Source: a virus
Length of the DNA stretch: 64,000 nucleotides
Strand: one strand, 5' to 3'
Virus record (IMG/VR): IMGVR_UViG_3300027736_000034
Location: 23,101 to 87,100 of that record
How positions within the stretch are numbered: the first letter of the stretch is position 1; each line of letters opens with the position of its first letter. Positions 23,564-34,325 of this stretch are shown here, in pieces. Both the position numbers and the translations under genes were made by a program. The notes under the pieces are model-generated. The model was not told the DNA's origin. It made no database searches and was given only the letters and a program-made list of their open reading frames with translations.

Positions 23564-23928
23564 GCAACGAAATCACTATTGAAATGCTTGACCGAAAGAT
23601 TGCATGGTGTGAGCAAAATATATTTTGGGGTAAAGGTTCCAACATACATCGTATGCAAGATTTCTATTATGAAAAGACTAGGTCTAGTGTAAAAGAAGAT
23701 TGGCCTGAAAGTTTTACATTTCAGGAACTTGCTAAGATCCTGAATGAGGAACAAGTTAGGTATAGAGTTTACTATAGCAAAGATAACCTTACTTTGCGAC
23801 TGTTTATATACCGTCCTCGCTGTACTCATGCTGAAGAAAAAAAGATGTTAGATTTGGGATTTGTTTTTGCTAGTGAAGGTGATACAGAAAACATCCCTGA
23901 TCAACCGATAGAGGAAGTTGAACAATGA
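23560..23928 (+). CDS. Hypothetical protein
   Basis: Translationally coupled ORF. Confidence 0.6.
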   Translation: MSNEITIEMLDRKIAWCEQNIFWGKGSNIHRMQDFYYEKTRSSVKEDWPESFTFQELAKILNEEQVRYRVYYSKDNLTLRLFIYRPRCTHAEEKKMLDLGFVFASEGDTENIPDQPIEEVEQ

Positions 23929-24221
23929 TTGACTACAAATTCATTGGCTGGAACAATAAAGATGGTGCAGACAAAGTTTGGGGTGCTATCTATATAGAAG
24001 ATAGAACAAACAGTCGGCCTAAAGTATTAATCTTCTGGGGACGCCGTGGCCATAAACTTCAAACCAAAATGGATCGTGAAGGATGGGACCTAGATAAATT
24101 GGTTAGGTCAAAAATAGAAAAAGGTTATAAAACAATCTATGATTATCAACTGGACAATGTTTATCCAGAATTTCTAAGTGATTTAGAAAAAACTACAATG
24201 TGGGCATTGCTTAAACTATGA
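23925..24221 (+). CDS. WGR-domain-like protein
   Basis: DKVW...FWGRRG...K..KGY. Confidence 0.55.
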   Translation: MIDYKFIGWNNKDGADKVWGAIYIEDRTNSRPKVLIFWGRRGHKLQTKMDREGWDLDKLVRSKIEKGYKTIYDYQLDNVYPEFLSDLEKTTMWALLKL

Positions 24222-24291
24222 ATGATACCCAATTCAATTGACTATATACCAAACTTAGTGTACAATAACATATCTTAACTGGAGCTATAAC

Positions 24292-24813
24292 ATGAATCTT
24301 GAACAAGTAAACAATATCTTTCAACATAAAATCACCGACGGTGGTGATTATCTTTGGGATTGCTATGGATCTAATACCCGTAGTATTGACTACACTAGCG
24401 AATATGCGTGTGGATATGTAGTATTTGATACTGACACACAAACAGTATATGAGGTGAGTGTTAGCCCAGTGGTTGGTTCTTGGAATGTTGAACCAAAGCC
24501 CTATCGTTACATTAATCCAGAACATCAGGAAGCATACAAACAAGAAGCAACCAATCGTGGCATTGATCCTAATGAAGCATGGGATGATATCAAGTGGGTT
24601 GATTTGGAAACAGAAGAAGATTTCATTGAAAAGGCAACAGCTATGTTTAATGGTGAAAAGTTTGATACTCGCATTCAAGTGCCAATTGATTTAGACAATG
24701 ATACTATGCTAAAATTAGCAATGGAAGCACATAAGCGTGATATCACATTGAACAAAATGGTTGAGGAAGTATTGCGTAATGTAATTGCTGAACATGAACT
24801 TAATATTGCTTAA
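24292..24813 (+). CDS. Hypothetical protein with C-terminal ribbon-helix-helix-like segment
   Basis: GGAG RBS; LAMEAHKRDITLNKMVEEVL. Confidence 0.6.
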   Translation: MNLEQVNNIFQHKITDGGDYLWDCYGSNTRSIDYTSEYACGYVVFDTDTQTVYEVSVSPVVGSWNVEPKPYRYINPEHQEAYKQEATNRGIDPNEAWDDIKWVDLETEEDFIEKATAMFNGEKFDTRIQVPIDLDNDTMLKLAMEAHKRDITLNKMVEEVLRNVIAEHELNIA

Positions 24814-25084
24814 CATTTACAATTACATCAAAGATGACTATTCAACAAACCCTCTTCGTTTTGTCGTTGAAGTTATGGCTTGGATTATTAGTGTCGGGTG
24901 TTCGGTCACAATGGCGCTCACGGTACCACAACCACCCCTTCTCATTCTTTATCCTATATGGATCACTGGTTGCGCTATGTATGCTTGGGCTAGTTATACT
25001 CGCAAGTCGTTTGGTATGATTGCCAATTATATGTTGTTAGTGACTATTGATAGTGTTGGTCTTGTTCGTATGTTAATTAATTAA
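24794..25084 (+). CDS. Small membrane protein
   Basis: Three hydrophobic segments. Confidence 0.6.
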   Translation: MNLILLNIYNYIKDDYSTNPLRFVVEVMAWIISVGCSVTMALTVPQPPLLILYPIWITGCAMYAWASYTRKSFGMIANYMLLVTIDSVGLVRMLIN

Positions 25085-25093
25085 GGAAATATC

Positions 25094-25636
25094 ATGGGTA
25101 AAAAGAAAATTGAATCTAAAATTGAACCAAGTAAACTTGATCCTGGATGGGTTAAGACAGGTGATAACTCTTGGGTAGCAACATTACAGGAAGATCCAGA
25201 GACAGGTGATTTGATTCTTCCACTTCCGGATGACCTGATGAAATCTCAAGGATTTGAAATTGGTGATATCCTTAAATGGAAAGATAATAAAGACGGGTCA
25301 TTTAGTCTTAGAAAGAAAGCATCCGAGGAGAAACAATGGGTGTTAGTTGAAGCGGTAAGCACATTTCGTACCCGTTACATGGTTGAAGTTCCAGTTGGTA
25401 TTGATGACTATGGTAATGATAAGGTTAAATGGGCGTTGGATACTGTAACGATGGGTGAAGCAAAAGAGTTTAGTCAGGAACATCTTGGGGAACAAATTGT
25501 TAGCCATCGTGTAGTGACTAGGAAGGAAGCATTTGCCTTGTGTGATGTAGATAATGATTACGCCGATGAGTGGGAAAAAGAACTAAAAATGAAAAACTTT
25601 TTTACTACATGGGAAGAACAAAATGGAAACGATTGA
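25094..25636 (+). CDS. Protein with AbrB/MazE-like N-terminal domain
   Basis: GDLILPLPDDLMKSQGFEIGDIL. Confidence 0.55.
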   Translation: MGKKKIESKIEPSKLDPGWVKTGDNSWVATLQEDPETGDLILPLPDDLMKSQGFEIGDILKWKDNKDGSFSLRKKASEEKQWVLVEAVSTFRTRYMVEVPVGIDDYGNDKVKWALDTVTMGEAKEFSQEHLGEQIVSHRVVTRKEAFALCDVDNDYADEWEKELKMKNFFTTWEEQNGND

Positions 25637-25946
25637 TGTACTAGAGAAACCTTATCACCCAACAAAAGATTGGTCTGAAAAAGAATGGGATAAGTTTAGT
25701 AACTGGTTAACTGGAATGCTTAAAATTAATGAAAGTGTTACAGTTACTTTTACTAAACAGGATGGTACTGAGCGTGTAATGAATTGTACATTGAAACCAG
25801 AATTATTACCCGAAGCAAAACCATTACAAGAAGGTAAAACACCTCGTAAAGAATCAACAACTAGTATTCGGGTGTACGATTTAGAGAAACAAGAATGGCG
25901 CAGTTTCACTACAAAAAACGTCACTAGAGTGGAATTTAGTATTTGA
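25623..25946 (+). CDS. SH3/Sm-like (WYL_2-type) phage protein
   Basis: VTFTKQDGTERVMNCTL...VYDLEKQEWRSF. Confidence 0.7.
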   Translation: METIDVLEKPYHPTKDWSEKEWDKFSNWLTGMLKINESVTVTFTKQDGTERVMNCTLKPELLPEAKPLQEGKTPRKESTTSIRVYDLEKQEWRSFTTKNVTRVEFSI

Positions 25947-25978
25947 CAATAAATGGAGTATCTGCTATACTATGGGTT

Positions 25979-26131
25979 ATGAAAAAGCAAATACTCTCAT
26001 TCAAAATTGAACAGCCCAAACATCGGGCTCACCATGTGTTGTTTCAAAACAACACTCCGTTCAAGCCAAAATCCGTACAATCCAAAGTATTGTACAAACG
26101 CAAACCTAAGCATTCCAAACAGGAGTTTTGA
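25979..26131 (+). CDS. Small basic protein, ArfA-like
   Basis: PFKPKSVQSKVLYKRKPKH resembles the ArfA Y.RK.KH motif; ATG 7 nt after the -10 box. Confidence 0.4.
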   Translation: MKKQILSFKIEQPKHRAHHVLFQNNTPFKPKSVQSKVLYKRKPKHSKQEF

Positions 26132-26132
26132 T

Positions 26133-26336
26133 ATGAACGAATCTCTCGCCATCTTGGAAAAACTATTAAAGTCCCATGATTGGTATTTTGACTATAGTGA
26201 TGACCACTCTGTTTGGAAGAAGGGCATGACTGAACGGTCTGCTATCAATCAGGAACAGAAAAGATTGATTGATTTGGGGCTAGCCACAGTAGAAGAAGTC
26301 CAAGAATTGACACAAAAATACGCCCCCAAAACTTGA
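26133..26336 (+). CDS. Hypothetical protein
   Basis: AGGAG RBS; HDWYFDYSDD..VW..G. Confidence 0.65.
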   Translation: MNESLAILEKLLKSHDWYFDYSDDHSVWKKGMTERSAINQEQKRLIDLGLATVEEVQELTQKYAPKT

Positions 26337-26391
26337 CATTAAATGGTCTTGGGTGTATACTACATATATTAACTTAAAAAGGAAAACAAAA

Positions 26392-26622
26392 ATGTCTCTT
26401 AAACTTAAAGCACTATTACAGTTGGTTGGTCTTGTAGCGTTTGCAGCAGGAGTCTCGTTGTCCATTGATTGGATCTTTGCTCATGTTCCGCGTGAAACAA
26501 TCGGCACCGCAATTGGTCTCGGGGCTATTGGTTTTATATTTTATTTGGGTTACAGTCTTTTGCTAACCCGTCTGGAATCTTTGGAAACTCTCAATAAAAT
26601 TGAGCAAGACCTGAAAAAATAA
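26392..26622 (+). CDS. Two-TM membrane protein
   Basis: AAGGA RBS after promoter. Confidence 0.6.
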   Translation: MSLKLKALLQLVGLVAFAAGVSLSIDWIFAHVPRETIGTAIGLGAIGFIFYLGYSLLLTRLESLETLNKIEQDLKK

Positions 26623-26684
26623 TTTGACATTAAATGGATTTGGATATATAATAGAGTCTTAATCAGTTAACTAAAGGAGTTTTT

Positions 26685-26963
26685 ATGACTGACATTTCTG
26701 AAATCAACCGTGCTATTCTAGCAGGTAACTTTACCAATGACCAACTGACTAGCATCAGTGATGCAATTCGTTTTGCTCGTGCCCAAATCGCACAGAAAAA
26801 CAAGTACACCCTGACTGTCGGTACCAAAGTGAAATTCACTAACAGCCGCAGTGGTCAGGTAATCACAGGTGATGTACAAAAAATCAATCGCAAATTTGTT
26901 ATTGTTAAGACTGGTCCATTGAATACATGGCGTGTCCCGGCTAACATGTTGTCTGCCGCTTAA
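26685..26963 (+). CDS. Hypothetical protein (SH3-like C-terminus)
   Basis: AAGGAG RBS. Confidence 0.65.
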   Translation: MTDISEINRAILAGNFTNDQLTSISDAIRFARAQIAQKNKYTLTVGTKVKFTNSRSGQVITGDVQKINRKFVIVKTGPLNTWRVPANMLSAA

Positions 26964-26973
26964 GGAGTAAATC

Positions 26974-27189
26974 ATGGATAACGTTTTTGTTGTTATTGGT
27001 GCCGCAATCGCAGGTATTGCTGGTATTGTATTTCTTAGTTTTCTATTAAGTTGGCCCGTGATGTGGCTCTGGAATAACGCACTAGTTGGAGCCGTTGTCG
27101 GTGTCAACGAAGTGTCTTGGGTTCAGGCTTGGGGTATTTCTACATTGTCTGGAATCTTGTTTAAAACTAGTGTGAGTAATTCAAAATGA
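26974..27189 (+). CDS. Membrane protein
   Basis: AAGGAG RBS; hydrophobic. Confidence 0.65.
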   Translation: MDNVFVVIGAAIAGIAGIVFLSFLLSWPVMWLWNNALVGAVVGVNEVSWVQAWGISTLSGILFKTSVSNSK

Positions 27190-27356
27190 GCAAAATGGCT
27201 GACTTGGATCTAAGTATCCGTGATATGTTGGAAGAGGGCTATAGCCCGGTCACAGTATCTGTACGATTGGGCATCCCACTGCACTTTGTGTATGACATTC
27301 TGGAAGATGACCAATATGGGGAAGATTTGAGTCCCTATAGTACAGTTAATTCATAG
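27186..27356 (+). CDS. Small hypothetical protein (MSKMADLD...)
   Basis: ATGA-coupled 56-aa ORF, not in the ORF track. Confidence 0.55.
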   Translation: MSKMADLDLSIRDMLEEGYSPVTVSVRLGIPLHFVYDILEDDQYGEDLSPYSTVNS

Positions 27357-27379
27357 TCAGATTATTAATGGGGTTTTAG

Positions 27380-28186
27380 ATGAGTGCAATGCCTCTTGAT
27401 TTCATAGTGTTTAAATCTTTTTGTGATAAGCACGGATATGAAGCAGTAGACCAGCGTTTGGATAAAATCCCATCTAATATCTACGCTATGCGTACCCGCA
27501 ACAAAGTAAAAGTAGAAATTAAAAAATCAAAGTCTATCACTAGTTATGTTGCTGGACAAGGTCTCAATTCTGAAAAACTTGAATTGCTTAAAACAGAATT
27601 AGAGTCGTGTGGAATGCTTATTATTAAAGCAAATGCCAAACACCTCTTGATTGAATTGCAAGATAATATACTTCAAGGATTTTTGACACTTGTAAAATAT
27701 ATTGAAGATATTGATGGAATTGTACAACGCCAAGCATACGCTAGATTGGGTGTTCAATTTAAGCCCAATGAAACTTATATTTTTATTGCTGAGACATTAC
27801 AAAATGCAATCACAAGGGGTCAGCCATGGGCTATATCACGCGGGTATGGCGGGTTCGATGCATTGGATAATGAGGTTACTATCGGATATAGTATTAAGGG
27901 ACGGCAGCAAGAATTAAATGGTAAAAATGCTTACCGTGAACATATGGTGCCGTGTGATTTGATGATGCGTGAGGCTATTAAAATGTTTAACGCAGGTTCT
28001 ACAGTAACGGAAGTGGCACTGCTTTTTCAAACTAATAATAAAATTCTCAAAATAAGTGATGATGAAGCTAATACTTTAGATAATATTTTAAGATTGCGAA
28101 CTACTATGCCGCCCGGATGGGAATTTGGAAATGATGTGTACGCTAGGATACACCATGCAGGAATTTTATTAGAAAATAACGGTTGA
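27380..28186 (+). CDS. Hypothetical protein (REHMVP motif, possible nuclease)
   Basis: Long ORF; stop codon lies within the next -35 box. Confidence 0.6.
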   Translation: MSAMPLDFIVFKSFCDKHGYEAVDQRLDKIPSNIYAMRTRNKVKVEIKKSKSITSYVAGQGLNSEKLELLKTELESCGMLIIKANAKHLLIELQDNILQGFLTLVKYIEDIDGIVQRQAYARLGVQFKPNETYIFIAETLQNAITRGQPWAISRGYGGFDALDNEVTIGYSIKGRQQELNGKNAYREHMVPCDLMMREAIKMFNAGSTVTEVALLFQTNNKILKISDDEANTLDNILRLRTTMPPGWEFGNDVYARIHHAGILLENNG

Positions 28187-28245
28187 CAATAAATGGTTTT
28201 GGCTATATAATAGAGTCTTATTCAGTTAGTTAAAGGATTTTTAAA

Positions 28246-28530
28246 ATGTTCGCATCTACAATAGAAGCCCGTAAATTGTTGAAACTTGCTTTCAAAGCAT
28301 CCGGTGCTAATCTACCAGGAAATACTTACACCGATAAGACCACTGAGAATGACCCAACTCGCCGCACAGTTGTGTTTCCGGTTCACCCGGATCATGCTGA
28401 TGAAGTGATTCATCAAGCCCGTGATTTCTTCCAAGAAGCAGGTTTCACCAAGTCTGTTCCCAAACTTTATACTACTTTTTCTCTCTATACACACCAAACT
28501 TATGTCCGTGTCATCGCCTACAAAGGTTGA
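28246..28530 (+). CDS. Early hypothetical protein
   Basis: Own promoter and AAGGA RBS. Confidence 0.65.
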   Translation: MFASTIEARKLLKLAFKASGANLPGNTYTDKTTENDPTRRTVVFPVHPDHADEVIHQARDFFQEAGFTKSVPKLYTTFSLYTHQTYVRVIAYKG

Positions 28531-28586
28531 CATTAAATGGTTTTGGGTATATAATACACTTATCAACTCGCAAAACGGAGCAAAAA

Positions 28587-28871
28587 ATGAGCAAATTTGA
28601 CACACTCGCAGCTAAGATTAAAGCAACCAGTGTTAAGCTGGAGTCTTTGAAGGCAGAATATGCGGAAGCACGGTTGGATGCATTACGGAAAGTTGAAATG
28701 ACCAAAGTGGGTGAAACGATTACATTGACTTTCAAGGGCCGTGTGTTGAAAACTACGAAGAACAAGCGTTATGGTCGCTATCGGGTTAAGGAAGGCAAGA
28801 CTACGCTGATTGACGAATACATGTTTGGTATACATGACCTGCGTTTTTTGGTCGCAACCGGCGGCATTTAA
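28587..28871 (+). CDS. Early hypothetical protein
   Basis: Own promoter, GGAG RBS. Confidence 0.65.
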   Translation: MSKFDTLAAKIKATSVKLESLKAEYAEARLDALRKVEMTKVGETITLTFKGRVLKTTKNKRYGRYRVKEGKTTLIDEYMFGIHDLRFLVATGGI

Positions 28872-28936
28872 CGGTTGACATTAAATGGTTTTGGGTATAT
28901 AATAGAGTCTTAGACAGTCAACAAACGGACTATATT

Positions 28937-29164
28937 ATGAAAGCAAAAATCCTGATTACTTCCATTGAGAACATGAGATTGTTTCAGGGTAAGTTTCCAA
29001 CAAAGCGTTGGGGCTTTTGCGAGATCGTCCGCAATGTCACTATTGAGTCCTGCCCGTTTGGCATCTATCAAGATGGCAATTATGGCTACATCAAGATCGA
29101 CGGCAAAAAAGTCCGTGTGATCAACGGTAATGGTGGTGAAACATTGTTTGAAATCAACCGTTAA
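28937..29164 (+). CDS. Early hypothetical protein
   Basis: Own promoter. Confidence 0.65.
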   Translation: MKAKILITSIENMRLFQGKFPTKRWGFCEIVRNVTIESCPFGIYQDGNYGYIKIDGKKVRVINGNGGETLFEINR

Positions 29165-29231
29165 ACGGTTGACATTAAATGGTTTTGGGTATATAATAGA
29201 GTCTTAATCAGTTAATTACAGGAGTTTACAA

Positions 29232-29645
29232 ATGGCTTATATGTCTCAGGAAAAGAAAGCAAAAATCGCCCCTAAAATCAAGGCTGTTCTCGCTAAGTAC
29301 AAGGTCAAAGGTTCGCTTGCTGTACGCAATCATAGCACCCTGGTATTGAATCTCAAGTCGGGCGCTATTGACTTTATCGCAAATTCTAATACAGTTTGTG
29401 GTAATGACTACTATCAAGCGGCTCGCGGTTTTACTCCTAATACTCGCGGCTATGATGATGTTAACCCCTATCATTTCCAAAATCATTATGACGGTGTAGC
29501 ACTGAAATTTATGAAAGAAATTTTTGTTGCAATGAACGATGGCAACTGGGACAAAAGTGACATTCAATCCGACTACTTTAACGTAGGATGGTATGTTGAT
29601 GTTAACGTAGGCAAGTGGGACAAACATTACGTGGTTGAGGCTTAA
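29232..29645 (+). CDS. Early hypothetical protein
   Basis: Own promoter, AGGAG RBS; SDIQSDYFNVGWY. Confidence 0.7.
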   Translation: MAYMSQEKKAKIAPKIKAVLAKYKVKGSLAVRNHSTLVLNLKSGAIDFIANSNTVCGNDYYQAARGFTPNTRGYDDVNPYHFQNHYDGVALKFMKEIFVAMNDGNWDKSDIQSDYFNVGWYVDVNVGKWDKHYVVEA

Positions 29646-29646
29646 T

Positions 29647-30062
29647 ATGGACATCACAATGAAAGTTATCCCCAGCGTAGGAGAGGCTGGTCTTGATACA
29701 GAGGCTTCTCCGGGCAATGGTCAATACTATATCCGCCTCTATGATGGATCTGTTGATGAGTGTGGTTATGATACTATTGAAGATGCAATTTCAGAATTGG
29801 AATATATTGCAGGAGTAGAAGCATGAATATTGATAATGAACAACTATTGTTTTTTGATTTCTTGTCATCATTATCCGAGGACCAATTGAAAAAGTATTTT
29901 GCTATGCTTGGACCTGAAGAATCGGAATATGTTCGCCGTGTCGTGCGGAATGTTGGAACGCAATTGAATTTGGCTATTGCCGAATTACATGATGAGGTTG
30001 AGGACCTTGCTGAAGCAGGAAGTGTCCTTGATGGTTTTACTCTTTCGGGTAAAACAAAATGA
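29647..30062 (+). CDS. Two small hypothetical proteins (29647-29826, 29823-30062)
   Basis: Coupled ORFs. Confidence 0.55.
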
Positions 30063-30173
30063 TTTTGGTAACAATAATGGTTGACAATAATGCCAATCTG
30101 TGTTATCATTATAACAGTGCTGAGTGATATCAGTACATTTTTAAAAACTTAGCTTTATCTTAAAGGAAACAAA

Positions 30174-30563
30174 ATGGCTAAACAAACTTTCAAAGTCGCT
30201 GGTATGACTACTAACAATGGTAATACTAAGGTTCGTTTTACTGATGATATGGTTCGCCGTATCAAGCAATTCACTAAAGGCGGACACACCCGTGTTGACT
30301 TTGTTGACTTGCCCAGTGAGATGACAAAAATTGAGGCTCTCAACTATTTGGCTACACATGCCAACTTTCAATCACCCGCTGATCAGGCAACTATCGCAGA
30401 TACTCTTGCTGACAAAATGAAGGAAGCAAACAAGGGTACAGTAAAGGTTAAGGTCTCAAAGACTAAGCCTAGCATTGATGCTATCAAGTCTCGTGCTAAG
30501 AAGGCTACTAAAGAAGTTTCGGTAGAACAAGTTCTTGCCGAAGCTGGTGTAGCTGCTAAATAA
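30174..30563 (+). CDS. Basic hypothetical protein
   Basis: AAGGA RBS; biased codon usage. Confidence 0.7.
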   Translation: MAKQTFKVAGMTTNNGNTKVRFTDDMVRRIKQFTKGGHTRVDFVDLPSEMTKIEALNYLATHANFQSPADQATIADTLADKMKEANKGTVKVKVSKTKPSIDAIKSRAKKATKEVSVEQVLAEAGVAAK

Positions 30564-30604
30564 AAAGAGGGGCTATATGCCCCTACTCTCAACAAAGGAA
30601 TAAT

Positions 30605-31037
30605 ATGAAACTCGCCGATAAACTTGCAAAATGTAGTGATAGCCTAACCGTCAATATGTATGACAATGGTTATATGGTTGAAGTGTCCGGAAATGATTCA
30701 GACAACGATTGGAAAACTGCAAAGATTATGTGCCAAACATTGGATCAAGTCTATGCTGTAATCGCTGAAGCCGCTGCAATGGAACGTAATTAAGGATTAA
30801 TATATGTCAGTATTACACACATTCGCTCGTAAATTCAATCCTCGCAGAAACTTTGATCCATCTAAGATTGAGGACTTACGTGAATTGAAATATTTCAAAG
30901 AAAACTTGACATGGAAATCAGGTTGTCCTTTCTATCTAGAGGATCCGTTCTTGGAGATTCCTGCAATGTGTATGTCAAAGTATACTGATTATATGCTTAT
31001 GAATTTAAGTAGCCTGTCTTACGAAATTGTAGAGTAA
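30605..31037 (+). CDS. Two hypothetical proteins (30605-30793, 30804-31037)
   Basis: AAGGA RBS before each. Confidence 0.6.
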
Positions 31038-31053
31038 GACATTAAACACAAAG

Positions 31054-31076
31054 AAGCCCCGAAAGGGGCTTTTTTT
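31054..31076. terminator. Terminator between convergent transcription blocks
   Basis: AAGCCCC-GAAA-GGGGCTT followed by T run. Confidence 0.85.
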
Positions 31077-31971
31077 AACTTAAAATTTCAACCCACTTAT
31101 CAATCACAAATTTCCAATCATAGGATTGTGCATGATCTTGTATCTCTAAACATCTTTGACGATATTTTTCAGGGTTGTCTTTGTAGTAACTTAATATCTC
31201 TACAGTCTTTTCTATAAATTCAGCATCTGGTATTGGTACCGCATGTCCGCCACTTTCCCCTACCCTGTTCCAGTGCCCAACTGGAGTACTGATAACTAAC
31301 TTACCAGCAGCACCGGCTTCTAGTACAGGTAGTCCTGCACCTTCTTGTGTACTAGCAACTAACATAGCATCTACTGATTTATAAAATCCAGGCATGGTAA
31401 TAAAAGAATTATGATATGATGCAGCCGCTTTAAGTGTCAAGCCCGCTTGCTCAACTGCAGGACCTAATAACCATGGGCGTTTTATATTTTGATGAACGCC
31501 ATAATTATTCAAACTTGTGCATCCAACTACTCTTAATGAGTCACTCGGTTTACTATTAAAACTATCAGTGTTAATTCCCAATGGTGTTACAAACGCCGGT
31601 CTAGTAATTCCTAGCTGTAAACTAACATCACTTAACCAATCACTTATAGCACCATACTTGTAAAACTTATCAAAATCATCACGACCATGATGTTCTATTA
31701 ATTCATCCATGTCTAATTGTGCATGGCTGATAATTACACATTGTCTAGGATCAAATATCTTATAATCATATCCTAACAATCTCCAACCATGCGGAGTGGT
31801 AACAATTAAATCTGTAGTATCAATTAACTCTTGCATCTCCGGCAAGGTGTAACTTTGATTCCAGGGTAGCAATTGACAGTTGAATCCATATCCCCAAAGA
31901 TACTTACATAATTCATAATGTATGGCACCAAATGCCCATTTGGGTTCTATGTAGAATACAACTTTTTTCAT
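31075..31971 (-). CDS. GT-B (GT4-like) glycosyltransferase
   Basis: [22 protein letters not shown]. Confidence 0.85.
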   Translation of the reverse strand: MKKVVFYIEPKWAFGAIHYELCKYLWGYGFNCQLLPWNQSYTLPEMQELIDTTDLIVTTPHGWRLLGYDYKIFDPRQCVIISHAQLDMDELIEHHGRDDFDKFYKYGAISDWLSDVSLQLGITRPAFVTPLGINTDSFNSKPSDSLRVVGCTSLNNYGVHQNIKRPWLLGPAVEQAGLTLKAAASYHNSFITMPGFYKSVDAMLVASTQEGAGLPVLEAGAAGKLVISTPVGHWNRVGESGGHAVPIPDAEFIEKTVEILSYYKDNPEKYRQRCLEIQDHAQSYDWKFVIDKWVEILS

Positions 31972-34265
31972 TTTTTCAATAAACCAACTATGTCATCACC
32001 TATGCGTCTAACATCATACTCGGACAATGTATTAGTTAATTCATCTATTTCTTCTGTAGAAATATTTACTACTTCAATCTTTACGATTGTGGGTCTGAAT
32101 CCCTCACTCCATACTTGTTTGAATATATCATAATCATATCCTTCACAATCTATTTGTAGTAAGTCTATTTTGTTGATACTGTATTTGTCTTTTAAATCTT
32201 TAAACGTTATACAGTTTACTGGTTCTTTGACCATAAAGTTTTGATATTGATCAATGAGTAATCCATCTTTCAATGTACTGATACCATCTGCCCAATCAGG
32301 AACTTCTTTGCCAATGTATTGTAGTGGGATTCTTTTTATCTCCATTGTTCCGGCTTCATTAGTGATTGCTGAATTTTCAAATTGTAGATTAGTATACCCT
32401 GCAAAGTTTTCTTTTAATCGTTCAAACTGATCACTAACTGGTTCTACTAATAGACCACTCCATTCTTTATGTTCTCTTACATAAGGGGTTGTGCCATCAT
32501 GTTTAACACCGTCCATTGCACCAATGATTAAAAAGTTTGTATCACTGGGTAGTTTGCTTATAGCATGTGATAAGAAGAATTTATCAGATGGGCTGTAATT
32601 CTTTTCAAAATACAATAAATTGTTTGTGAACCAGCCCATATGACTACCTTTTTTCATATCGGCTATTAGTTGTTGTTCTTTTTCTATGTTTCTTATTAAA
32701 CCTGCACTAGTAATCTTTTTAGCCCAATCGCTTTTGTTTTTGCAATTGATGTGACCAATGCCACCTTGACCGATTGCTGCTGCTGTCCATATCAATGTAT
32801 TACCAACTGTTGATACTACTTTGGCAACTACTTCATCTTCCAATGCTTGTTCAATGTGTTCTGCTACTTCCATGCATACAACTACATCGGCGTTTTCATT
32901 TGTGATATCAAATAGACTTTGATAAGTTAAATGTTCTTTTCCGTTAACTCTATCATCTACATCTATGCCTTTAGCATCAATTCCCTGATCTCTAAAGCTA
33001 TCTACAAAGTGTCCAGGTCCGCATCCTATGTCTAATAATGTTGACGGATTTAATTCTTGTTTAACCCATGCTGCTAATCTATTAGCAAACGGCTTTTCTT
33101 CTGCTTGCATATGATTATAGTTTAATCGTTCAGGATGTTTAGGGTATTCTTTTTTCAACCAATCAAGTTCTGCACGATTATGTTTGCGTTCATACCAGCC
33201 TTTACCTGTATGTACATTTAATACCATTTGAAAGTATTCTTCATACATAAGTGCTACTTTATCTAACGTAAAGTTTTCAGCATATGCTCTGCAATTTTTA
33301 GGATCAATTCTATCTATGTTCTGTGCTGCCCAAACAAAATGATCAAATGTTCTACAACGATATCCAGTGACACCATGAATGTTATTCTCTGTAAAACTAC
33401 CCCAATCAGTTGTGATAGTAGGAGTACCGCTGAATAGTAATTCCATTTGTACACCACCAAACGGTTCTACATACATAGAAGCAACAAATGCACCTTTAGC
33501 GTTACTCATTAACTCTTTGCGTTTTGCTACATCAGCATAACCAACAAACTCTACATGAGGTGGGAATTTTAAGTTGTCTGGGTTTTGTCCTGCAATGACT
33601 AGTTTAGCACCAATCGCTTCTGTTGCTTGTATTGCTACTTGAATACCTTTACCATCATATACTCTTCCCAAGAACAAGAAATAATCTTGTTTCTTTTCTT
33701 TGAATTCAAAATCATCTGGATCAAAGTAGTTTGGAATTACAACATCATACCAATCTTGTTTACATGTACCAACAGCAGTAAGGCCATAGTAAGCATGATA
33801 GATAGCGTAAGATTCAAATATCTTCCAACGTGCCCAATGTCCACCTGCATAGCCTATGCCTGGTTCTACTACAATCATATCTGGGTGAGCATCACATATT
33901 GGTCGTACACCTGACCCCCAAAAGGGTAATATGAAGTCATTCTTTTGTTTACGTTTACCAACTTCTCTTATAGCATTCTTGTAAAATGTTTGATAAGCAT
34001 GGTCATCTGTGCTGAATTTGAAAAAGTTTTTACGCCAATCATAATCGCCGTAAGCTATTTTCCAATCTTCATTTGTGATTACTGTAACATGTTCATCGCA
34101 AACTAAATCGCTATCTTCATGTCCATAATGAATGATTGTATGCCCACGGGCTTTCATCATTTTACCAAATTTTACAACTTTTTGTGTGTAAGCACACGCA
34201 TTGTAGGTCTTACTGGATACCGTATGCGGTAAACCTAGTATATGGAATCTAAATTTGTTATTCAT
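31968..34265 (-). CDS. Glycosyltransferase + methyltransferase + FkbM-methyltransferase fusion
   Basis: GRV...KG and EPFGGV (GT4); LDIGCGPG...EVAEH; IGAMDG...VEP...LQIDCEGYD. Confidence 0.85.
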   Translation of the reverse strand: MNNKFRFHILGLPHTVSSKTYNACAYTQKVVKFGKMMKARGHTIIHYGHEDSDLVCDEHVTVITNEDWKIAYGDYDWRKNFFKFSTDDHAYQTFYKNAIREVGKRKQKNDFILPFWGSGVRPICDAHPDMIVVEPGIGYAGGHWARWKIFESYAIYHAYYGLTAVGTCKQDWYDVVIPNYFDPDDFEFKEKKQDYFLFLGRVYDGKGIQVAIQATEAIGAKLVIAGQNPDNLKFPPHVEFVGYADVAKRKELMSNAKGAFVASMYVEPFGGVQMELLFSGTPTITTDWGSFTENNIHGVTGYRCRTFDHFVWAAQNIDRIDPKNCRAYAENFTLDKVALMYEEYFQMVLNVHTGKGWYERKHNRAELDWLKKEYPKHPERLNYNHMQAEEKPFANRLAAWVKQELNPSTLLDIGCGPGHFVDSFRDQGIDAKGIDVDDRVNGKEHLTYQSLFDITNENADVVVCMEVAEHIEQALEDEVVAKVVSTVGNTLIWTAAAIGQGGIGHINCKNKSDWAKKITSAGLIRNIEKEQQLIADMKKGSHMGWFTNNLLYFEKNYSPSDKFFLSHAISKLPSDTNFLIIGAMDGVKHDGTTPYVREHKEWSGLLVEPVSDQFERLKENFAGYTNLQFENSAITNEAGTMEIKRIPLQYIGKEVPDWADGISTLKDGLLIDQYQNFMVKEPVNCITFKDLKDKYSINKIDLLQIDCEGYDYDIFKQVWSEGFRPTIVKIEVVNISTEEIDELTNTLSEYDVRRIGDDIVGLLKK

Positions 34266-34325
34266 TTAGATATTTAATCTAGGCCTTCTGTTGCCGAAAA
34301 ATAATTATTATTTAATTAATCTCAA

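Larger units (their letters stand above)
21548..29210 (+). repeat. Dispersed near-identical early promoter repeat TTGACA(T/A)TAAATGG..TTGG.T.TATA(A/C)T
   Basis: -35 boxes at 21548, 22095, 25943, 26333, 26624, 28183, 28527, 28875, 29169; related copies at 3420, 3529 and on the minus strand near 48520. Confidence 0.9.

Noticed and set aside
21548-29210. CRISPR array from the ~30-bp repeats
   Set aside because: Spacing is hundreds of bp with whole genes between, and the repeats are -35/-10 promoters. No cas genes are present.
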